From an uncultured Bacteroidota bacterium (GTDB taxonomy: Bacteria; Bacteroidota; Bacteroidia; Flavobacteriales; BACL11): a stretch of DNA of 64,000 nucleotides. Below are positions 57,601-64,000 of this stretch, one piece after another (positions within the stretch are counted from its first letter, which is position 1; each line of letters opens with the position of its first letter). Under the pieces are notes generated by a model, which saw only the letters and a program-made list of their open reading frames with translations, made no database searches and was not told the DNA's origin. Both the position numbers and the translations under genes were made by a program. The stretch lies in contig CACAMX010000001.1 of NCBI GenBank assembly GCA_902533655.1, positions 6,408 to 70,407 of the forward strand. Direction: 5' to 3'.

Positions 57601-58719
57601 GTGAGCAGCATTTATATACATATTCCATTTTGCAAACAAAGGTGCATTTACTGTGACTATCACTTTGTTGTTTCTAAAAAAAAAGAAGATGAATTAATAA
57701 ATTCAATTATTAATGAAATTCGAATAAGAAAGGATTATTTAAAAGAAAAAAAATTAAGCTCTATTTACTTTGGAGGCGGAACTCCATCAATTCTCTCCAC
57801 TCATTTGATAAAGAAAATACTAAAAAATATAGGTGATGTGTTTATAGTGAGTAAAAATACTGAAATTACAATTGAGATTAATCCAGATGACATTAATAAA
57901 AAAAAATTAGATGATTACTTCAAAATTGGTATAAACAGATTAAGTATTGGTATACAATCTTTTGATGATGAAATATTAAAATCATTAAGCAGATCTCATA
58001 ACTCAATGCAAGCAAAGAGTTCTATTGAGATAGCGATTAATTCTCAAATTAAAAATATCTCTGTTGATATTATGTTTAATTTGCCCAATCAAGATTTAAT
58101 AAAACTAGATGAATCTTTACATAGTTGTTTTGATTATGAGATTAATCACTTATCTATATATGGTCTTACTATCGAACCTAATACAGTTTTACATAAAAAA
58201 ATTTTACAAAATAAAATTAACAAGCCTTGCGATGAGATGTTTATAAAACATTATAATCATATAGCTGATTTATGTCAAAAAATGGGTTTTTTAAATTACG
58301 AAATATCAAATTTTTGCAGAGAAAATTATGAGTCAAATCATAATAAAAACTATTGGTTAGGCAACGAGTATTTAGGTATTGGACCATCTGCTCACTCTTT
58401 TAATGGAATAAGTAGAAGATGGAATGTGAAAAATAATTCATTATATATAAATTGGTTAAACAACAATAAAAAATATTATGAAAGTGAAACTTTAAACAAA
58501 AAAGATATTTACAATGAATATATAATTAGAAGATTAAGAACTAAAAAAGGTGTTAATGTTGAAGAAATAGAAAATAAGTCTCATAAAACCTTCTTTTTAA
58601 AAAACATTAAACCTTGGCTTAACCATGGCTATGTTTCAAATGAAGCTCAGAATTATTTTTTAGAAAGAAAGGGCAAAATTATTTGTGATAAAATAACAGA
58701 AAGTCTCTTCTTAATTTGA
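57601..58719 (+). CDS. hemW: Radical SAM family heme chaperone HemW (HemN-like)
   Basis: 372 aa. Motifs YIHIPFCKQRCIYCDY (CxxxCxxC) and GGGTPS. GTG start. Confidence 0.85.
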   Translation: MSSIYIHIPFCKQRCIYCDYHFVVSKKKEDELINSIINEIRIRKDYLKEKKLSSIYFGGGTPSILSTHLIKKILKNIGDVFIVSKNTEITIEINPDDINKKKLDDYFKIGINRLSIGIQSFDDEILKSLSRSHNSMQAKSSIEIAINSQIKNISVDIMFNLPNQDLIKLDESLHSCFDYEINHLSIYGLTIEPNTVLHKKILQNKINKPCDEMFIKHYNHIADLCQKMGFLNYEISNFCRENYESNHNKNYWLGNEYLGIGPSAHSFNGISRRWNVKNNSLYINWLNNNKKYYESETLNKKDIYNEYIIRRLRTKKGVNVEEIENKSHKTFFLKNIKPWLNHGYVSNEAQNYFLERKGKIICDKITESLFLI

Positions 58720-59805
58720 AATACTTAGAAAAAAATTTTCATAAGCATTAATAATTTTTTCCCAAGAAAATTTCTCTTTTATAATACTAAGGTTTTCCAT
58801 TACATATTTCTTTTTTTCTGATAAAATTCTTTTGTCAAGCAAAAGTTTTTTTAGTTCTTCAGGGTTTGAAAAGGATAGATTTTCATTTTGTAAAACAGAG
58901 AGGTTAAATTTATTTCTATGCATTAGAACTAAAGCTCCAGCAGACATAGCTTCAATTAATGAGGGGTTTGTACCTCCAACAGAATGACCATGAATATAAA
59001 ATCGAGAATAATATCTGAGATTATTGAGTTTATCTTTATTGTATATTGGGCCAAAAAAATATATGTTTTTATTTTTAAATTTATCTTTTAAGTAATCTCC
59101 GTATTTAGTTAAATGATTTCCTATTATAAGAAGTGGAATACTTAAATTTGAATCAACAAAGGCTTTAAAAATTATTTCATAATTATTTTCAGGCTCAATT
59201 CTACCAATACATAATATATACTCTCCTTCTTTTAAATTGTATTCATTTAATATTATTGGTTCTGGTGAATCTAATATATTAGCCCCATAAGCAATGTATT
59301 TTGAACTTTTATTATATGTTGTTTTTAAATAATCTTGGATTCCTAAATTATCAGCAACTAAATAATCCGAAAAATGTACACCTAACTTTTCCATATTTCT
59401 TGTGATAAATCTAGTAATGAAATTCCATTTTTTTCTCCGCCATTCAATTCCATCAATATTAGTAACTATAATTTTTCCTCTATGTCTTAACAAAATTATG
59501 GAAGGAGATGCCGTTATTAATCCAAGTTCTAGAATAATATCATAATCAGATTTCACAGCATCTTTGAAACACAAGTAGTCATAGATAAAATTTGATGCGG
59601 AATTTCCTAATAATTTATTTGGTGAATATTTTTTTTTTATTGTAACACCATTATAAAATTTTTTGTTGTAATAGTGAAAAGAGGGATTATATACTGTAAC
59701 TTGATGCCCTTTTTTTTGTAATCCAACAGCTAAGGCCTCTGCACATTGTTCAAAACCTCCATAATTGTTAGGGATACCCCTTGTTCCTAGAATAGCTAAT
59801 TTCAT
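58711..59805 (-). CDS. Glycosyltransferase family 1 with a DUF1972-like N-terminal domain
   Basis: 364 aa. The N-terminus is MKLAILGTRGIPNNYGGFEQCAEAL. The C-terminal half is GT1-like (GGTNPSLIEAM). Confidence 0.7.
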   Translation of the reverse strand: MKLAILGTRGIPNNYGGFEQCAEALAVGLQKKGHQVTVYNPSFHYYNKKFYNGVTIKKKYSPNKLLGNSASNFIYDYLCFKDAVKSDYDIILELGLITASPSIILLRHRGKIIVTNIDGIEWRRKKWNFITRFITRNMEKLGVHFSDYLVADNLGIQDYLKTTYNKSSKYIAYGANILDSPEPIILNEYNLKEGEYILCIGRIEPENNYEIIFKAFVDSNLSIPLLIIGNHLTKYGDYLKDKFKNKNIYFFGPIYNKDKLNNLRYYSRFYIHGHSVGGTNPSLIEAMSAGALVLMHRNKFNLSVLQNENLSFSNPEELKKLLLDKRILSEKKKYVMENLSIIKEKFSWEKIINAYENFFLSISN

Positions 59806-59974
59806 ACCAAATATTTTTGAATAGTTTTTTGACTTAAAAGTTATTCAACAATTTTTTGTTAACAAAAATTACTAACTTAACTCCTTTGCCATGTAAATCG
59901 AACTAAATTTGGGGCAAGTCGTAATTCTTGTTTTGGGTTGTACAAATCTTTCCCTAATATTAAGTACAACAATT

Positions 59975-60005
59975 AAAAGCCTCAATAATCAGAGGCTTTT
60001 TTTTT
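59975..60005. terminator. Bidirectional hairpin terminator (strong T9 tract on the plus strand)
   Basis: AAAAGCCTC / GAGGCTTTT stem (59975..59983 with 59992..60000) and an 8-nt loop. Nine T follow on the plus strand and TTTTAATTG on the minus strand. It lies 8 nt downstream of the PorP/SprF stop. Confidence 0.65.
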
Positions 60006-60012
60006 ATCTTTT

Positions 60013-60948
60013 TTAATCAATAAGTTCTTGTTCTTTATTTGGAATAAAATTGATTCCAATCATAAACTCATGAGATGAGGAGGAGTAGTCATTAATATCA
60101 GCATTTACAATATCATATGAATAGCCCACTATGAATCTTTCTCCAATATTGTATCCGAACAAAGCCGCCATATCTCCATTGCTTCGATAATTCAATCCTG
60201 CCCATATTCTATCATTATATTCAACTTTTGTTCCAATATCAAACTGTGTTGGTGAAGGGTCCATGTATTTTACTAGAAAACTTGGCTTTACGTTCCAAAA
60301 ATCATTAATTATATGTTGGTATGCACCTAAAATATAGACATGTGGGCTTAAACTACCTGTCATTTTCGTGTTAAAATTTCTTGCAAAATCAGTATCTAAA
60401 AGTTCTAAATTAGAACTCACTAGCTGAGGTATAGCTCCACCTAAGTACCAATTTTTTCCATAAAAATTAAATCCAAATGTTGCATCAGGAATTGCGTCTA
60501 CAATTACATCTCCTTGTGTAACTGGATCGTCAGGGTGTTGAACATTCCATCCTATTTTATCAATTTTATATTGAGTAAAGCCACCTGATAAAGATAGCGC
60601 TATAATTGTCTTTTTACTTATATTAAAATGATATGTATAAGACATATTAGCTCCAATTCTACTCGTTGGTCCAACTTGATCATTAAAAACAATTCCTCCA
60701 AGACCAACATTGTTTCCTCTCTTTCCATAAATGCTTAATATATTTGTTGTTGGAGCATCATCAATACCAACCCACTGATTTCTTATTGTAGTTCTAATTT
60801 GGTAATATTCTTGCATACCTGCCACAGCTGGATTTATAGCGTAATTATTCAGCACATACTGTGTCAATTGAGGTAATTGTTGCGATTTTCCAAAATTGGG
60901 GAATATTGCAATTAAAAATAATATATATAAACTGTTTTTGAATGTCAT
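60013..60948 (-). CDS. PorP/SprF-family type IX secretion system membrane protein
   Basis: About 311 aa from ATG 60948. Signal peptide followed by QQLPQLTQYVLNNYAINPAVAG...RNQWVGIDDAP, a strong PorP/SprF signature. Lies directly downstream of a type-B CTD adhesin. Confidence 0.9.
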   Translation of the reverse strand: MTFKNSLYILFLIAIFPNFGKSQQLPQLTQYVLNNYAINPAVAGMQEYYQIRTTIRNQWVGIDDAPTTNILSIYGKRGNNVGLGGIVFNDQVGPTSRIGANMSYTYHFNISKKTIIALSLSGGFTQYKIDKIGWNVQHPDDPVTQGDVIVDAIPDATFGFNFYGKNWYLGGAIPQLVSSNLELLDTDFARNFNTKMTGSLSPHVYILGAYQHIINDFWNVKPSFLVKYMDPSPTQFDIGTKVEYNDRIWAGLNYRSNGDMAALFGYNIGERFIVGYSYDIVNADINDYSSSSHEFMIGINFIPNKEQELID

Positions 60949-60959
60949 AATCAAGTTTT

Positions 60960-63900
60960 TTATCTTATAATTGTTACTGGGCCAGTGATCGGTTCATCTT
61001 GATTAGCCAAATCAATTATGTAATAATATGTGCCAACAGGCAATTCTTCACCATCTTTTGTGCCATCCCAAGGCTCAAATCTAGTTCCACCAAAGGTTTT
61101 ATAAAGTTCTTCCCCCCATCTGTTGTAAACTGTTATTGTAGCTTGATCGTACCTCTTTGCAGTAATTCCTAAAATGTTCCAAGTATCATTTTTCATATCT
61201 CCATTGGGACTTATTGCATCAAAAGGTATAACAGATAACACAACATAAACAGAGTCATATCCTTTGCACCCGAAAGAATCAAGTTCAAGAAATATCCACT
61301 TATTCTGATCGATATTAGAAATTTGTATTTCAGGTTCTGTACTAGATCCTAAGTCCCACAACCAAGAATGTGATATTCCTAAGTTGGGGTTTGAAGAAAT
61401 AGTAAAGCTTTCATCATTTACAACTGATAAAATATTTACTGCTTTGTTTGGTGAAATTACATCATCTGATCTAAAATATATTTCGTTATTTCTTAAGGCA
61501 ATCTCAGAACTTATCTGCTGTACAAAAATATTTACTTGTAAATCATAAGGATTACATCCAGGCTCAGTTACACTTAAAATATAATTATGCATGCCTACGC
61601 TTGTCGGCTGTAACTCAACATCAGAAGTATTAGCACCAGGGGTCCATTCATAAACAAAACCCGGCTTTTCCTCAACATCAACAGAAAGACTTTTACCTAA
61701 GCAAATAACTGTATCTATCTTTTCTAAATTTCCAGGAAGAAAAATATTTTTAACACCATTAACAAAAGTACTGCCACTTATTACACATCCATTTTTATCA
61801 GATATTTCAACATTGTATAAGCCTGGAGATAGGTTATTTATTGAATTAACACCTATTCCTTGATTTACTAAACTTCCACTAGAGTTTGTCCAGTTAAAAT
61901 CAAGTGGTTGGGTACCTCCATTAGCAAATGCTGTGGCTGTTCCATTGTTTAGCAAGCATGTTTCGTCAGTGGAATCAACATTTAATGATAAAGGATTAGA
62001 AGGCTGTGTAATAAATATTGAATTTGAAACTACACTACAATTATTATCATCTGTTACTGTAACACTGTAAATACCAGGGCCTAAATTAGTAGCAGTTTGA
62101 GTTGTTTGATTGCCGGGAGACCAAATATAGTTATATGTTGGCGGAATACCTGGGGTTGGAGTTCCACCAGTGGCAATGGCCGTGATTTCTCCATTAGCAT
62201 CACCAAAGCAACTTACATTTTTTTGAGTTGTTGTAACATCTAATTGGCTTGGCTGAGACAAAAATATTTCAGTAGTATCTATACAACCTTTGTTGTCTCT
62301 TACTACAACAACATAGCTAGAAGAACTTAAGTTATTATTTACTGGGCTATTGCTCCAATTGTTTGCATTGTTCCATAAATACTGTTTACCTCCATTACCA
62401 CCAACAGCGCTTGCTGTTATCCTGCCATTATTATCACCAAAACATAATATTTCTGATAATACTGATGAAGTCACAACAAGTTCTTCTGGCTGATTTAGTG
62501 TATACGAGACTGTATCACTACATCCTTGTGAATCAGAAACTACACATGTATAAATTGAGTTGTTTGTACTATTGTCTACGCATAACCCGATAGCTGTTTT
62601 AGTATTTTGCGATAAAATATCACTCCAACTGTATGAGTAAAATGGATTACCATTAGCATCAATGTTTGGAACTCCACCACTAACACTTAAAGAAATGATT
62701 CCATCACAAAAATCAAAGCAAGAAACATTGCTTGTGAGTGTGTTATTAATAGAAGCTGTTAATGCCAAACTATTGTTAATGTTGGAAGAATCAACTGAAG
62801 TACAGTTGTTTTCATCAACTACTGTTATTATATAAGTTCCAACTCCCAGGTTAGTAATTGAGTATGTACTATCCCCAGTATTCCAAGAATACAAATAAGA
62901 CGTAGCTGTACCCACACCACCACTAACAATATCAACTAAAGATCCATTATTTACATTATTGCAGCTAACATGAGTGGGTATAAATGAATGAACAATAGGA
63001 TCTGGTTCATAGTACATAATATCGTTACTAAAGGTACATCCTCTTGAATCTTTAATTATGAATCTGTAAAGTCCAGCAGAGACAGAGTCAATGAAAGTGT
63101 TTGCTGAAGACTGAAGTGTATCTCCTGTCGAAACATCAATGCAAGTTATTGTGTATGGAGATAACCCACCTGAAACATTAACATTTGCATATCCAGTGTT
63201 TTCCCCACTACATTTGACTTGGTAATTGTTCCAGTTGGATGTTGTTATTTGAACATCAAGCTCAGTGGGTTCATCAATGATTATCAAATCTTGGGCAACA
63301 CAATTATTTTGATCAAAAACCTCTACTGTGTATGTTCCAGGACAATAATTATTAAAATATGCCATTGATGATTGCTGAGGGCCTCCATTTACTGAGTATG
63401 TGTATGGTTGCGTTCCTCCAACAGCATTAATTGATTGAATTGCACCATTGCAAAAAGAGTAACATTGAACGTTGTTATATATTGTAGAATCAATATATAA
63501 TGAATCAGGTTGGTTGATGTTTACAGTGTCTACATCAAAACATCCTTTTTGATCTTTAACCTTCAATATCTGTTGACCATTACTAATATTTATAAATCCG
63601 AAATTAGATTGATAGCTAAACCCATTATCGTTTGAATAAAGATATGGTGTTTCTCCTCCGCTAGCTAATAAAGCTATTGTACCATTATTTGCTCCAAAAC
63701 AAGTTACTGAAGATATTAAAACAGAATCTATTTCAATTGATTGTATTGGCTCTAGTATGTTAACTGAATCTTCGTAAACACATCCATTGCTATCAGTTAT
63801 CTGAAGAAAAATTAAACCAGCAAATAAATTATTAACAGTATTTGTTGTTTCATTATTGCTCCAAAGGTAATTGTAAGGTGGATTTCCTCCAGACGTTAAT

Positions 63901-64000
63901 ACATTAGCTAAGCCATCATTTCCACCCTTACATGTAACTGAATCTATTGTAAAAATATTAATTACCTCTTGAGGTTGAGTAATGTTTATAAAACTTGATC
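60960..64000 (-). CDS. Giant SprB-repeat surface adhesin with a T9SS type-B sorting domain (5'-partial; continues beyond the right edge)
   Basis: C-terminal ISPNGDMKNDTWNI...VYNRWGEELY...LPVGTYYYIIDL...GPVTIIR (type-B CTD). My manual translation upstream of the ORF-track TTG start at 63566 stays open over 63567..63668. It continues the same repeats (GGETPYLYSNDNG; TSGGNPPYNYLWSNNE at about 63850..63900). Confidence 0.85.
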   Translation of the reverse strand, partial: SSFINITQPQEVINIFTIDSVTCKGGNDGLANVLTSGGNPPYNYLWSNNETTNTVNNLFAGLIFLQITDSNGCVYEDSVNILEPIQSIEIDSVLISSVTCFGANNGTIALLASGGETPYLYSNDNGFSYQSNFGFINISNGQQILKVKDQKGCFDVDTVNINQPDSLYIDSTIYNNVQCYSFCNGAIQSINAVGGTQPYTYSVNGGPQQSSMAYFNNYCPGTYTVEVFDQNNCVAQDLIIIDEPTELDVQITTSNWNNYQVKCSGENTGYANVNVSGGLSPYTITCIDVSTGDTLQSSANTFIDSVSAGLYRFIIKDSRGCTFSNDIMYYEPDPIVHSFIPTHVSCNNVNNGSLVDIVSGGVGTATSYLYSWNTGDSTYSITNLGVGTYIITVVDENNCTSVDSSNINNSLALTASINNTLTSNVSCFDFCDGIISLSVSGGVPNIDANGNPFYSYSWSDILSQNTKTAIGLCVDNSTNNSIYTCVVSDSQGCSDTVSYTLNQPEELVVTSSVLSEILCFGDNNGRITASAVGGNGGKQYLWNNANNWSNSPVNNNLSSSSYVVVVRDNKGCIDTTEIFLSQPSQLDVTTTQKNVSCFGDANGEITAIATGGTPTPGIPPTYNYIWSPGNQTTQTATNLGPGIYSVTVTDDNNCSVVSNSIFITQPSNPLSLNVDSTDETCLLNNGTATAFANGGTQPLDFNWTNSSGSLVNQGIGVNSINNLSPGLYNVEISDKNGCVISGSTFVNGVKNIFLPGNLEKIDTVICLGKSLSVDVEEKPGFVYEWTPGANTSDVELQPTSVGMHNYILSVTEPGCNPYDLQVNIFVQQISSEIALRNNEIYFRSDDVISPNKAVNILSVVNDESFTISSNPNLGISHSWLWDLGSSTEPEIQISNIDQNKWIFLELDSFGCKGYDSVYVVLSVIPFDAISPNGDMKNDTWNILGITAKRYDQATITVYNRWGEELYKTFGGTRFEPWDGTKDGEELPVGTYYYIIDLANQDEPITGPVTIIR
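61760..64000 (-). repeat. Tandem array of about 75-85-aa SprB-type repeats inside the adhesin gene (boundaries approximate)
   Basis: The pattern C-x-G/F-x2-N/D-G-x-I...GG-x2-P-Y-x-Y-x-W...L-x-x-G-x-Y...D-x-N/K-G-C recurs at least nine times. Examples: VQCYSFCNGAI..GGTQPYTYS, VSCFGDANGEI..PPTYNYIW, ILCFGDNNGRI..GGKQYLW. Confidence 0.7.

Noticed and set aside
1-64000. Search by eye for CRISPR arrays, transposase/integrase genes, phage modules, toxin-antitoxin pairs, restriction-modification or other defence genes, rRNA, and large direct or inverted DNA repeats.
   Set aside because: None of the ORF translations show the corresponding motifs: no DDE/tyrosine-recombinase signatures, Cas proteins or methyltransferase motifs. 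No regularly spaced repeat array was seen. Non-coding space is too small to hide rRNA. A computational repeat search could still find short elements I missed.

Overview
AT-rich chromosomal segment (about one-third G+C by spot counts). It has the hallmarks of a streamlined Bacteroidota/Flavobacteriia genome: type-A and type-B T9SS C-terminal sorting domains, PorP/SprF genes, TAnnTTTG-type -7 boxes, almost no Shine-Dalgarno sequences, and very short or overlapping gene junctions. I can support about 65 protein genes, 3 tRNAs (CAT anticodon, Cys-GCA, Leu-CAA) and a few hairpin terminators. Most genes are housekeeping: pth, L25, prs, glmS, panC, radA, dusB, rbfA, hflX, trpS, gatC, metG, msrB and hemW. 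Other content includes an ExbB/ExbD cluster, the homogentisate (tyrosine catabolism) genes, two T9SS type-B cargo plus PorP/SprF cassettes, a pair of secreted amidohydrolases, and a lower-GC surface-glycan locus (about 11.9-19.0 kb) carrying sulfotransferases from two families. I saw no transposases, integrases, phage genes, CRISPR arrays, toxin-antitoxin pairs or recognisable defence genes, and I did not find a convincing wholly new system. The best leads are: (1) the sulfotransferase-bearing glycan island and its unusually long, partly decayed spacers; (2) a tight FAH / flavin reductase / sulfotransferase / Tat-signal SOD operon divergent from hmgA-hppD-bcp; (3) a 999-aa amidohydrolase that looks like a fusion of a degenerate module, paralogous to the next gene, with a catalytic module; (4) a strong plus-strand terminator with no plus-strand gene to terminate. 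All functional calls come from motif recognition by eye. No database search was run.
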